A program made the translations under genes and the position numbers. Shown one piece after another: positions 13,596 through 26,999 of a stretch of 64,000 bases of DNA. The notes under the pieces were generated by a model, which worked only from the letters and a program-made list of their open reading frames with translations, did not search any database and was not told the DNA's origin. Numbering within the stretch: position 1 is the first letter of the stretch; the number at the start of each line of letters is the position of its first letter. Origin of the DNA: Eledone cirrhosa (Eukaryota). The stretch covers positions 199,764,001 through 199,828,000 of the forward strand of contig OZ024742.1 in assembly GCA_964016885.1 (NCBI GenBank). The letters run 5' to 3'.

Positions 13596-13733
13596 TTAGT
13601 TCACCATACCGAGAACAATTGTTTCACCTTAGCGGATCCTCAGCTCGTAATGGACATGGTTCCGTATAATCATGTCCATTACGAGCTGAGGATCCGCTAA
13701 GGTGAAACAATTGTTCTCGGTATGGTGAACTAA
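13596..13733. ncRNA. Inverted pair of minimal hammerheads (family D): 13610-13647 (-) and 13682-13719 (+)
   Basis: CGAG-CTGAGGA-TCC-GCTAA-GGT-GAAA-CAATTG-TT-CTCG, inside a ~135-bp near-perfect palindrome between (TA)n tracts. Confidence 0.8.
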
Positions 13734-13898
13734 CTGTAGTGTAATCACTTATATATATATATATATATATATAACAAAGAAAGTGTGGTAAGAAACCAGG
13801 TGGACCATAACGCACCAGAGTACTCGATACTTAGGGTAGTAGATTTCGAATCTAGCTGTCGGAACGGCCGGAGCTCAGTCATCGGGGTCCTGACCCTT

Positions 13899-13985
<87 letters not shown>

Positions 13986-13987
13986 AT

Positions 13988-15745
13988 ATACTTGGGGAGG
14001 GTCATATTGTTAGGATATTGCCAGAAATAATAACAAGGCACACTCACTGTTTGGTTTGGGTTGGATTTCGCGTCTGTATCTTTTATATCTCCATAGTTAA
14101 TTTATTTGGCAATCAATGTTTATAATTGATTGACCAGCGGTTAGAAATACAGATATAAATATATATATATATAGTCTATCAAAGTTCTTTCGTCGCACAT
14201 CTGCAACATCATCAGTGGTTCTATTATGTTTCTTCCTATTGTATTGTATTGTATATTAATATCTACGCCATTTGTATTTTAATTAATTAATTTATTTATT
14301 TATTCTTGTCTCTGTCTCTGCGCATGCGTTTGTGTGTGTGTATAATGTTTGGCGTGTGTGTTCGCGTTTGAGTGTATGTGTTTTTGTTTTTGTATTCTAT
14401 TTTTGTTCACTAGTGTGTCTTTATATATGTTTGTTGTTATTGTACTTATTGTTATTGTGTATATATTTATTTATTTATTTATATTTCCCTTAAGTCAGTA
14501 GTGTTTGTTTGGGTATGGTTGTTGTTATTCCATTCGTACTTTCTGTTCAACTTTGGTCTTTTTAATTCTATCTCAGTTGCTTCTCTGATTTCTCTACCTA
14601 TATGTTTAGATATTATTTTAATTTCTATATTGTCTATGTAACCGTCATGTCTTTGTCTGGCGTGTTCATATAGTACTGAACCGTTTTTTTTTTTGTCCTT
14701 TTAGTTCCCCCCAGTGTTGGTCTATTCTTTCTCCTATACTTCGAGCTGTCTCACCTATGTATGTCATTGTCATGTTTCTGCAAGTACCCTCTGTACATCT
14801 TATGCTATAGACTACATTTCTAGTTTTACAGTTTATCTGGGGGTTCATTTTACATATAACACATTTCTTATTTGTACAGTGGGTTTTCTTAAAGGTCTTG
14901 CTGATCAGGGATTTTATGGTAGTTCCTGGCTTTTCTACCACTGTAATCTTTAAATGGGTCTTTCTTAGGGCCTTTCTACACTGGTTAGCTAATTTCCCTC
15001 CAGGGGTAGCATCCACGAACATGACAATCTGGTATCTCTGGTTGTCGAACGATGAAGTGGCTTTCCCTATCTTATGTTTAGTCCTATCTAAGCTATTCCA
15101 TGATTTGCTCCCTTATAATGGGCAAATTCCTTTCATGTCCATTTCTATGAGGGTCTTATATTTCTCCGTGGCTCCTTTGTGTACTCTGATTCTGTCTCTT
15201 TGGTTGTAGCCAGAGAACTGCATGCGATTGATGAAGTGTTGGATCTTTCCACACAAACGCATGCGCAGAGACAGAGGCAAGAATAAATAAATAAATTGAT
15301 TAAAGTAAAAATGGCGTAGACATTACAATACAATACAATACAATAAAATGGGAGGTAACATAATAGTACCACTGATGATGTTGCAGATGTGCGACGAAAG
15401 AACTTTGATAGACTATATATATATATTCTTATATCTGAATGTATATATATAGTGTATTTTGCAATACACTGTATGTTTAATTAAAAGCATTTTGAAGACC
15501 ATACGCTATTGTTTTAAAGTAGCGACATTGTCGCTTACTTAAATTTTGTGCTGGTCAGTCAATGATAAACATTGATTGCCAGATAATTTAACTATCGAGA
15601 TATAAAAGATACAGAAGCGAAAACCAACCAAAAACCTGACAGTGAGTGTGTTCTGTTATTATTTCTGGCAATATTATAACAATATGACCCTCCCCAAGTA
15701 TAACAATATTTGTTTCGACACACGATTTCATATCAAAAACCTTGC
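13988..15745 (-). mobile_element. PLE fragment (family E) with an inverted terminal repeat
   Basis: 13988-14335 is inverted relative to 15252-15700. The internal 14540-15250 (-) encodes FVDATPGGKL..CKTRNVVYSIRC..YIGETARS and is near-identical to 22750-23909. HHR-like motifs at 14177-14220(-) and 15367-15410(+). Confidence 0.85.
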
Positions 15746-15751
15746 AAAATT

Positions 15752-15815
<64 letters not shown>

Positions 15816-15816
15816 T

Positions 15817-15983
<167 letters not shown>

Positions 15984-16144
15984 GTTTCATTGACAAGTAT
16001 ATCAGTGTGCCCATACACGCAGATATATTGCCCTTTGTATGACAGTGTGGTTTTAGCTCAATGTAGGATAACTAGTATACTACAGAGCCGTTATAATTTT
16101 AAGATTAAGGTGGCTTGTTTTCCGCTACGATAGGAACCGGGATA

Positions 16145-17135
16145 ACCCTCAGCAAGCAACCCGGGTGGATAGGTATGGATTCAAGACTTACAAGAGCCCA
16201 CCGCACAATAGTAGTCTGGGCTTTGAAAACGACCTTCTAAACCTTGTGAGGAATATTATATATAGGACTAAATGCCATAGCAAGAACCCTTTCCGTAGAG
16301 ATCTTAGCTCTATTATTAAGGACTTCGAGGAAAATGCTAGCATTCTCGTCCCCTCAGATAAAACAAAAAAATGATATAACTTGGACTGTAGGACCTACAG
16401 AAACTTCATATACAAGGAACTCCACAGAAATTATAGGAAAACTTCCTATGAGAACCTAGACGAGATAAATAAGAAAGGGATTGAAATCGTTAAGATGCTG
16501 AATCTGGAAAGGTACACCCAGCCTTTCACTCCTAAGCAACCCAAATTCACACTGAAGGATCACAAAGAGGACTTCATTAGTAACCTCTCAATTAAGCTCA
16601 TTAGCCCCTCTAAGTCTGACCTAGGGATAATAAGCAAGAACATTTTATACGCCGTGATCCCTGTTATAAGAAGTAAAGTTTACCTTTACCTATGGGGGAA
16701 TACGGAGGAGGTCATTAAATGGTTCTCAAGCATTAGTAACCATAAGTCCCTGAAGTTCATCCAATTTGATACCAACTCCTACTACACTTCCATCTCCCCC
16801 ATCCTTCTAAATAAGTCCCTTATATTAGCTATGCAAAATAGTGACCTGACTAGATCCCAAATTTACATTATCTTTGCTGCCCGGAGAACTATCATCCTCT
16901 TCGAGGAGCAATTTTGGACCCGGAAGAACACGCTGAATAACTTCGATATCACAATGGGGTCCAGCGATTCGGCAATGGTCACTGACTTGGTTGGACTTTA
17001 CCTCCTCCATGAAACTACATTAAACTTTCCCGCATTTCAGAGGCGGACTGTACCGTGACGACGCCCTGTTCACTATTGAATATAAAAAACATAATATAGA
17101 AAGTACGAGAAAAGACCTACATACATTCTTCAAAA
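16145..17135 (+). pseudogene. PLE reverse transcriptase fragment (stops and frameshifts)
   Basis: YGFKTYKSPP..FENDL..PSDKT, FTLKDHKEDF..LISPSKSDLG, FIQFD..YTSI, FDITMGS..DLVGLYLL, and GLYRDD (GGACTGTACCGTGACGAC at ~17045). Confidence 0.85.
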
Positions 17136-18791
17136 GCTTTAACATTTTTCTTTATAATTGTATATATGACTGCACCCACACATTTTCTTTGCTGTATTAC
17201 ATGCCTGCATTTGCACACATTTCTTTGTCACCCACCAACATGTTGTTGTTCTTAGTATATGTTCTTCAAACGTAATATTCTGCGAGATCCCTTTTCACCT
17301 GGTTGAGGTACCGTCACATGCTAGCGACTCATAGAGCTTAATTCACCTGGATTCAAACAGGCACCGCAACACGAGAATGCTAATTGCAGCTGAACTCAAA
17401 CAGTTTCGCATCTCGTTGCACACTCATCAACCATAACAACCTCCATCTTGTTACCTTACCCGACTCACTGGGAAAACAACAAATAGAACTGGACTTGTCA
17501 GTATTTCCACCACTTCTGTGGATTCGCCGGAATTATGGAATTTACACTGCAACTACTACCCACCTACAGATTCAACTTGCTTTTTTTCTTTTCAAAGCAA
17601 CCAGCCATTTTTTTCCTGGCTCCCTAGCACTTTCGGCAATACATCTGGGAGGCTGACATTTTCTCCCCTACCCATCATCTTCTTGCCAGCACTGGTAAAC
17701 TACCATAATAGCTTCATCCACAGCTACTGGTACAACACTTACCATTAACATTTAATGCAAGAACAGCAACTTCGCCCATGTCAGACTTTATACGTTTTCT
17801 GTTAGACCTTTGGTGGTCACGTATAAACTACAAAACAGCTAGTCATTTGACACAGCGGCTCAACACGGCCCTTAGCGCCTCATTTTTTTTCTTGCATGCA
17901 TCCTTCTGCTCAATTATTTTTTCACTGATGTGCTCTTTCAGCATTTGTTCCTGCTGAATCAATAATCTGTATCGTCTTACGTCTAGAGTGGGAGTATTGT
18001 AGTGACCTACATTCCGCGGGCTCACATACATTCTCTGTGCATGATTTGGCTCAGCTCAGCCAATCAACGCCAGTAGAAGAGGATGTATCCCTATGCGCCC
18101 TGAGGGAGAAATTCCCCGCGAAGATTTGAAGAATCTCTCTCTCGCACCCTGAACTTCGAACCAGCAACACGTACAACATGTGACGGTGAGATTTTGCACT
18201 TTGCCCTGCCGGCCTTCCTTGGGCCTGGCACAATGGCACATTCCCTTTTGTAACCTCATTTTATGTGTAACTTTAACCATACAAGTTAACAAACATTATT
18301 TGTGCTACAACAAAAATAAACATACATTTCATCTCTAATTTATGCTGTTGACATCATTATTATGCTACTCGTGTCTCAATAACATTAATATACTATGCTG
18401 CTAAAGCTGTACCACCGCTAACCAACTATTCTTCTCACAGACTCATGCTTGCAAGCTCTCTTAATCTGCCTGTACATCCTGTATTTGAACTGCTTGTGCT
18501 TTGATGTATCTATGCTTTGCTTTGTTGTGTTTTTTTATTGTTTTTAATCATGCTGAGTAACACCTTCACTCATTCGTTGTTACACTCTCCCAACCTCTTT
18601 ATCAGCTATTGCACCATTTATGTGATAAATTTTTTATATAATTTTTTATGACATTTTATGACATTATGTACGCCATGTATTGTGTCTTTTTCTATATAGC
18701 GCTGGCCTCGGGACCCTCTGCAGGTCCTTTAACCTTGTTCTGGTGACGCAGCTTGATGGAACATGCAACTATTGATATACTCTTGCTTATA

Positions 18792-18838
18792 GGCTCTGAT
18801 GATTCCTGCCATAGGGTATGGATGAAACACTGTTAGCT
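18792..18838 (+). ncRNA. Type-I hammerhead motif (family F)
   Basis: GGCT-CTGATGA-TTCCTGCC/GGTATGGAT-GAAA-CACTG-TT-AGCT, then AATAAA. (TA)n ~45 nt downstream. Confidence 0.7.
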
Positions 18839-18878
18839 AATAAAACAATGTATTTCTAAGCTCTCTTTGGTTATTCCT

Positions 18879-18919
<41 letters not shown>

Positions 18920-19870
18920 TATTGAAATTTCCGTTAAAAACAGAAAAGGTCATAGAAGTGAAGAGTGCTCTATGTAAGTATCAGAGCAAAATTTAATGTA
19001 TAAAAATCAATACAATATAATTACCTCATTACCAGAGGTTTCCCGAATGAGGCGAATACGAAAGAAACGTCTTCATTCGTTCATGTATATATTTATATAT
19101 GTATATATATATATGCATATATATACATATATATAGATGTATATAAATATATATGTATGTACGTGTGTGTGTATATGTGTGTGTTTGTGTGTGTGTGTGT
19201 GCGTGTGCGTGTGTGTATGTGTGCATAAGTTGAAAATTTGAAATGACTGTCACTTTTCTTTTCAGGAATTAAATTGAAACTCTGTTACATATATTGAGTG
19301 CTTCTTCTATTAATGTTGGAATGTTTTAAACACATCCTATTTTTCGTAAAAAATATTAAATTCGATATTTTTTTTTTTATTACGATATTTTATGTAAAGA
19401 TCGTCGATTTCCTTTCATCTCCTTCCTCTTGTCACTTCGGTTATCGCTGTATTTCGTTTTACATTCATTTAAATCAATTACAAATATTTTCTTCAATCAT
19501 TATGAAATATATGTTTACTAAATTACGATGATTTGTTCTACCTATGTATCTATCTATCTATCTGCCTGGCTGCTTGTCTGTCTGTGTGCGTGTCTACCTG
19601 CCTGCTTTGTTTTTGTTATTACTCTTCTTGTCCGAAGACAGGTACATTGGTAAATATAAATGAATAGGTAACTATAGATTGGCAGGCAAACATAAATATA
19701 CATAAATGGATATAGATAGATATAGATAAATAGATAGATAGATAGGTAGATAGATAGATAGACAGGCAGATGAATTTATTGTCTTGAGATAACTTGAAAC
19801 GTAGGTAGGTACTAAAAATAGGTGATAATCTCGTCAACACTGTTGTGTGTGTGGGTGTGTGTGTGTGTGC

Positions 19871-19906
<36 letters not shown>

Positions 19907-20061
19907 AAAGGGAAGATATCAAATTACCATTTTCCCGACAAATCTAGCGTAAACGGTTGTCCTGTGACAGTTTTAATTTCTTTCTCTCTCCCTGTATATA
20001 TATATATATATATATATATACGATATTAAACAAATGGAAACTATATTTATAAAACCATATT

Positions 20062-20127
20062 TATTTCATTATACATATTTCAGGGATACCATATTAAAAA
20101 TATGGCATGCCTTCGTCAGATAAAATA
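20062..20127 (-). ncRNA. Type-I hammerhead motif (family G)
   Basis: TATTTTAT-CTGACGA-AGGCATGCCATATT/AATATGGTATCCCT-GAAA-TATGTA-TA-ATGAAATA. Partial inverted copy at 20169-20234. Confidence 0.85.
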
Positions 20128-20299
20128 CAATATATAACCAGTTTTATAAATAATTTTGAAATAATTTTGAAATATGTATAATGAAATAAATATGGTTTTA
20201 TAAATATAGTTTCCATTTGTTTAATATCGTATATCTACTCCAAAAAGTTGTCGAGTGCTTTATATCAGTTATAAAATATTTACTTGTTGTAACCCAACA

Positions 20300-21373
20300 A
20301 TTTTAAATAAAACTTTTGGGGACGCATAATTGGCTACATCACAGTAACAACCATAAGAACGGTCACCTAGGCAGCACAACCCGTAGCAAACCAACAGATA
20401 CGCGTAACCGCCACCGTAATGTCCTATGGTTCCATCCTCCCTACTCTCGGAGTGTGGCCTCCGACCTACCCAGGATATTCTTCGAAGCCTTAGAGAAGAA
20501 CTTCCCACCCAACCATAAATACAGGAAAATCCTCAATAAGATCAATATTAAAATATCCTTTCTACTACTCCTAATCTAGCAAACATCATAGGAAACACTA
20601 ATCACAGTAAGATCACCAAAACACGGCACCTTTGCACCGATACGTCTGGACCCGACAGCAACCCTAATAGCCTTAACGTTTCCCTAGCAGCAACGAATAG
20701 TGTTGGCGGGCAGCCCCAACAGACGCAACCGACATAACCGCGGCGAGACTGGAGAGTTTGCTGGTGACCCGTACGGGTCACCCAGCGGCAACAGAAGGCG
20801 CTGCGGCGTGCGGAGTGATAATGGTAGTACCCCGCCCGCCATAGGATATAATAGTACTAACGACCGAGATAGAGGCGTAGATAACAACATAGGTAGCAAT
20901 AGTAATAAATTTACTTCGGGAAATAGGAGCGACCACGACCGAAAATGTAACTGTCGTGACAGGGGAAGCTGCCCACTCAGGGGAAATTGCCTGACTGATA
21001 ATGTTATTTATAGGTGCACCATAACTAGCCATAATAGCGTTAAGCATTATATAGGGGCCACCTCTGGCACGTTCAAAACTAGATTTCGAACACATCTCCA
21101 CTCTTTTAGAAACAAAAAACTAAGACACTCCACGCACTTGCCAATTACATGACAACATTAAAAGACTCCAACATCAGCTTCTCCATACACTGCGAAATTG
21201 TCGGCAGGGCAGCACCGTACAATTTCAAGAGGAAGTGCGAGCTTTGCCTCATGGAACTTTACTATATCATAAGAGCACCCCTCGAGCTCATCAACAGCAG
21301 AGCAGAATCGGTGATAAACTACAGGCACCGAATACAGGTGTCTTACTTCGGATGGAAATTGACTGAGACATGA
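20300..21373 (+). pseudogene. PLE thumb/linker and GIY-YIG endonuclease fragment
   Basis: RNVLWFHPPYS, CNCRDRGSCPLRGNCLTDNVIYRC..HYIGATSGTFKTRFRTHLHSFR, KCELCLMELYYII..LINSRAE; frameshifted. Confidence 0.9.
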
Positions 21374-21681
21374 AAACCATAAACTGGTTGCCCCTGCACC
21401 AAACCATAACACTCCGGTGGGCAGGCAGTGCAAATAAACATCTGTAAACCAACTATGCATCCCAGACCCTGCTTGAATCGACAATAGTAAAGCAGCACCC
21501 ACAAATGGAAAAACACCATCATGTGAACGGGTAATAAGCAGTTTTGGGACATTTATTCAAACACTGGCCAGAGTTACTCCCCTTGCTCTGTGGCAAAAAC
21601 AACGCATGTGTTTGAACGAAGAATGAACTTTGATGTAAACCCCCTCCTGGGTCATGTACTGAACTCTGTTTAGTTTTCTAT

Positions 21682-21722
21682 GCCCTTGAGAAGCCCTTTT
21701 CGGGCGAAACGTACGTAGGTGC
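21682..21722 (+). ncRNA. Minimal hammerhead, U3-A8 variant (family H), in the 3' UTR of the preceding PLE
   Basis: CC-TTGAGAA-GCCC-TTTTC-GGGC-GAAA-CGTACG-TA-GG. (TA)n ~55 nt downstream. Confidence 0.75.
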
Positions 21723-21771
21723 TTTTATATAAACATGTTTTAACGGTATATTTTCCTTTGTAATCATTTCA

Positions 21772-21829
<58 letters not shown>

Positions 21830-21915
21830 TATGTATTTATCTATATGTATATATGTATATATATATCATATATATATATACACACATATATATATATATA
21901 GATACACACCTACAT

Positions 21916-21947
<32 letters not shown>

Positions 21948-22160
21948 TCAAATATACATATATACACTCGCGCCCCCCCCCCCACACATATATATATATA
22001 TATGACAAGTTAGGATTTCATATTCCATAGATATTATGATTCAATAACATTTATAGAATATGAAATTCTAACTTAAATTATAATGATTCTTCACAATAAA
22101 CACTGAGGGTAAATAATTTTAACAAACCTAGTAAATATATTCCAATGCTTTTAGCTTCAT

Positions 22161-22262
<102 letters not shown>

Positions 22263-22298
22263 TCACACACACACACACACACACATACACACACACAC

Positions 22299-22329
<31 letters not shown>

Positions 22330-22377
22330 AACACATACATACATACACACACATACACGCACATACACACACACACA

Positions 22378-22428
<51 letters not shown>

Positions 22429-22749
22429 GCTACCGGTGCCTTGAGAAAGCAACACCAAATTTCAGCACGGAGCATAAAGAATCGAAACAACAGAAGTAAG
22501 CTTTATTCCATTTTTATGTTTCTTATGTTCAAATTCTAGCTGTCAGATGAAGTCATAGATGTTGCATAACTGTTATCACCGAAATATAAATAACATTGAT
22601 TATGGATAAACGAAGTTAATTTTAACCTGTTGATTTATATTTCTTGTATATATATATGATGATTTCCTCCAAAGGATACACTTATAGTCCACTTGTTAGT
22701 GCTCTCTTGTGGGGATCTCCCTATTACTATATTGATGTCGTCTACGTAA

Positions 22750-23909
22750 CGAGAGTAGACGACATCAATATAGTAATAAGGACATCCCCACAAGAGAACA
22801 CTAACAAGTTTGATTTAGAACGTAGCACAATGGAAAGCATCCAGCAGATAGCTAATTCCATACACCAGAGTATAACTGTAACTATCGACTACCCTTCCAA
22901 ACATCCTAACAATAGACTACCTGCATTAGACACGGAACTCTGGATTAACACTATAGACGAGAGAGCCCAAATTCTCCACTCACACTATGCTAAACCCATG
23001 GCCTCCAAATACCTGATACTCATAAACTCAGCAATGTCCAGTAGTGCTAAGTTTAATATTCTGATCGCAGATTTGGTACGAGTGATAAAGAATGTGTCAT
23101 GCATGTGCGACCCAACAGAAAGGGAAAAACACATCCAACACTTCATCAACTGCATGCAGTTCTCTGGCTACAACCAAAGAGACAGAGTAAGAGTATACGA
23201 AGGAGCCACAGAGAAGTATAAGACCCTCATAGAACTGGACATGAAAGGAATTTGCCCATTATACAGGAGCAAATCATGGAATAGCTTAGATGGGACTAGA
23301 CATAAGATAGGGAAAGCCACCTCATGGTACGACAACCAGAGTTACCAGAATGTCGTGTTTGTGGATGCTACCCTTGGAGGGAAATTAGCTAACCAGTGTA
23401 GAAAGGCCCTGAGAAAGATCCACTTAAAGATTAAGGTGGTAGAAAAGCCAGGAACCACCATAAAATCCCTGATCAGCAAAACCTACCCTTTTAAGAAAAC
23501 CCACTGTACTTACAGGAAATGTATCATATGTAGAGTAAACCCCCGGATAAACTGTAAAACTAGAAACGTAGTCTATAGCATAAAATGTACAGAGGGTACT
23601 TGCAGAAACATGACAACAACATACATAGGCGAGACAGCTCGTAGCATAGGTGAAAAGATAGACCAACACTGGGGGGAACTAAAAGGACGAAAAAACGGTT
23701 CAGTACTAAACGAACATGCCAGACAAAGACACAACGGTAACATAGACAACATAGAAGTTAGAATAATATCTAAACATAGAAATGACCCAGCAGATAGGCA
23801 AATCAGAGAGGCCAGCGAAATAGAACTTAGAAGGCCAAGGCTAAACAGAAAAAATGAATGGAATAACAACAACACCCAAACAAACAACACTGATCTGAGA
23901 GAAGTATAA
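22750..23909 (+). CDS. 5'-truncated PLE ORF (RT C-terminal part plus GIY-YIG), still in one open frame
   Basis: RVDD, LPALDTELW, HYAKPMAS, SGY, FVDATLGGKL, CTYRKCIIC..CKTRNVVYSIKC..YIGETARSIGEKIDQH..HARQRH..RQIREA..LNRKNEW. Within ORF 22644..23909; the first ~35 codons of that ORF are not PLE-like. Confidence 0.9.
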
Positions 23910-24162
23910 ATAAATAAATAAATAAATACATACACAAGCACAATAACAACAAACATATAAACACACACTAGTAAACTAAGATAGAATACATTAACCAATA
24001 CACAGTCACCCAAACAAGAACACATATCAAACAAAAGACTATATACACACGCAAACGCATGCGCAGAGAAGACAAAGAATAAACAAATAAATAAATAAAT
24101 AAATAAACAGACTAAATAAAGATGGCGTAAGCATACAATGCAACGGGAAGAAACATAGTAGC

Positions 24163-24205
24163 ACCACTGACGATGTTGCAGATGTGCAACGAAAGAACTT
24201 TGATA
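24163..24205 (+). ncRNA. Hammerhead-like motif (family E) in the PLE 3' UTR
   Basis: CCA-CTGACGA-T-GTTGCA/TGCAAC-GAAA-GAAC-TT-TGA. Core and stem II good, stem I weak. Five copies in the window. Confidence 0.55.
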
Positions 24206-24461
24206 GACTATATATATGTGTTTGTGTCTATATTGTATCTGTATTTTTGACCGTTGGTCAGTGAATGGCAACATTGAGGACCGAATAAATTAAATTAACC
24301 GATATAAAAGACACAGAAGCGAAAACCAACCAAACAGTGAGTGTGTTCTGTTATTAATTCTGGCAATATTATTATACAAATATGACCCTCCCCAAGTATA
24401 ACAATATTTGTTTCGACACACGATTTCATATAAAAAACCTCGCAAAACTAATTCATCGCCG

Positions 24462-24530
<69 letters not shown>

Positions 24531-24788
24531 ACGAATACCTCCAGCGGTCGACTGATGAAGAGTGAGTGTCCTGTTTCGTCCACATCTTCGTTGTCCTCGT
24601 CCGCCTTGTTTTAATTCATTTTGTATGACCTTAACCACGCGGGACACTTTTTCAAATTCATATATATACACATATATGCACACATATATATGATTATATA
24701 CATACACATCTTTCTTTTTCTTTACTTCGTTTTACACACCATGGAGCATTAGGAGACCTTCCTACTTTCCATTCATTGATGTAAGAAG

Positions 24789-24888
<100 letters not shown>

Positions 24889-24907
24889 TTATGTGTGTGT
24901 GTATTTA

Positions 24908-24942
<35 letters not shown>

Positions 24943-24964
24943 TTGTATTTATGTATATATGTAT

Positions 24965-26230
24965 GGATGTATGGGCATCTACATCCTCAGAAACTTGAAA
25001 CGCGAGATCCCAGCATTTGGCGGTGATGTCTACAGCGACGATGCTCCATTTATTCTAAACAACAACAGCAACATGGTAACTAGCATTAGGAAAAAATAAT
25101 TAAATTCTTCAAAAATATGGGTCTCAGCATAGATATCGACGATAATAGAAAAATAATGAATTTCCTGGACGTAACCCTCAATTTAGAATCCGGCCTCTAC
25201 TACCCGTACCACAAACCGAACAAGTACCTCAGGTACGTTAGTGTTAACTCTAACTATCGCAAGACAGTCAAGAGGGGTATAGTGAATAGCATGTCCTGTA
25301 GGATATTATTTCTGTCAGCTAACCAGGAAACCGTCAACAACGTAGTTAACTATTATAATAATGGCCTGATTAGTGCAGGTTACAAGGAGAAAATTAAATA
25401 TATACCTAACCGAAGGAATAACGTAACCACTGACGGTAACACATCGGAGGGAACCAACGGCGGCGCTGATGCGGCTGGGAATACTACATAACTTTTTAAT
25501 AAAACTAATCCTAGAAGAATTGTAAACCTAAATGAGAATAACTCCGGGCACCGTTTAATAAACAGGGACTCGTCTTCGCCTACCACGGAAAACGAGGATG
25601 CCAGCGTAGTAAGCATGGGAGGACCGTGCAACCCATGTGCAGGTTCACACTGCGAACTGAGACCCCTCGGTTCGGCATGCTCCAATCAGCATGGGCAATC
25701 GAGGGGCACGACTATTTCACGCGCCCACGGTAGTTGCTTAACACATACTCGGACAGGGCAGGTAACGGGACCGAGGCCAACACCAGGAAGCGAACCCGTT
25801 TCCGCAACGTCGTATGGTATAATCACTCCTTCTGCGCCGGATTACGCAGCAACCTCGCGGCCACTTTCTTCAGGGCCTTGGATAAGCACTTCTCTAAACA
25901 GCACAGGTACCGCGCAATTTTCAACGGGCACACAATTAAATAGTCCTACTCCACAACTAGAAACCTGGCACAAAATATAGATACCTTAAACCGGAGTAGG
26001 TTAAGAAACGTCCGCGACTCCGGGGGAGTCAGCAACCAGAATGAAACATACAACACAAATGATTTTTCCTTCGATAAAACACTATGGACCGGGAGGGACC
26101 ACGGAATCATGCAGAACGATCCAGTAATCCAGGAAACAACACCTCCTCGGATTGTAAATGTAGAAGCCCCGGTAACTTCCTCCTGCAGTAACTTAGTTTA
26201 TAAATGTAGAGTAAGTAGCTATGGTCTAGT
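24965..26230 (+). pseudogene. Decayed PLE RT/thumb/linker fragment
   Basis: GIYILR..DVYSDDA, NFLDVTLNL..YYPYHKPN..YVSVNSNY, SAGY, RNVVWYN..FFRALDKHF..YRAIFNGHTIK. Confidence 0.85.
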
Positions 26231-26499
26231 ACAAAGATTGACCATGGAAGCCAGGCGTGGCCGCACACCGACGCCAACCTCGGGTGATTCCTGGATAGCC
26301 TGTGTGTGCGTCCGACCTAATCACACTACCCCCATTCTGTTATACACGTATAGGATTGTATACTCGCGACATGAGGGTCCGTGTTTTATATCCTGTGTTT
26401 TTTGTTCCTAAATTCGCTTTCTACAACTCGCATCCACAGTCTATCGGTCCCTTTTTGTCCGGGCGTTGTTGTTACCATTGTTATTATTAACACCAATGA

Positions 26500-26688
26500 G
26501 GGCGGTGAATTAGCAGTATCGGTAGAGGGTTGGACGCCATGCTTTCTAGCATAGTTACGTCCCATTACAGTCTGATTTCAAATCCCACCGAGGTTAACTT
26601 TGCCTTTCATACTTACGGGGTCGATAAAATAAAGTACCAGTAATGTACTGGTAATTTCTGGCCTTGTGCCTAAAGTAGAAACAATTAT
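26500..26688 (+). mobile_element. tRNA-derived SINE with TSD
   Basis: Main SINE family, flanked on both sides by ATTATTAACACCAATG. Confidence 0.9.
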
Positions 26689-26999
26689 TAACACCAATGT
26701 AGCTACGACTGACTACTATTGTTGTTACTAATTATTATTATGCACTGGGATTATTGCTGGCCTTGTGTCAAAGGGTAGAAACGATTATTATTTTTATTAC
26801 TATAGGAATTTATTTACAGCGATCGACGCAACCAGACTCTTTTTGTTGTCGTAACGGATTCATTACTAGTGTTGTTGTTTTTGATGTTGTTACCGCTGCC
26901 TGGCTATCGGGTAGAGATATAGTTGCTGCTATAACAAGGTATTAATATCACTGCTACTACAACGACCAATGTAGGCGATGTGGTCGGTGTTGTTGTTGT

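Noticed and set aside
22543-22601. Hammerhead at CAGATGA..GAAA-TATAAA-TA
   Set aside because: It resembles family A, but the core is mutated (CAGATGA) and the helices pair poorly; at most a decayed remnant.
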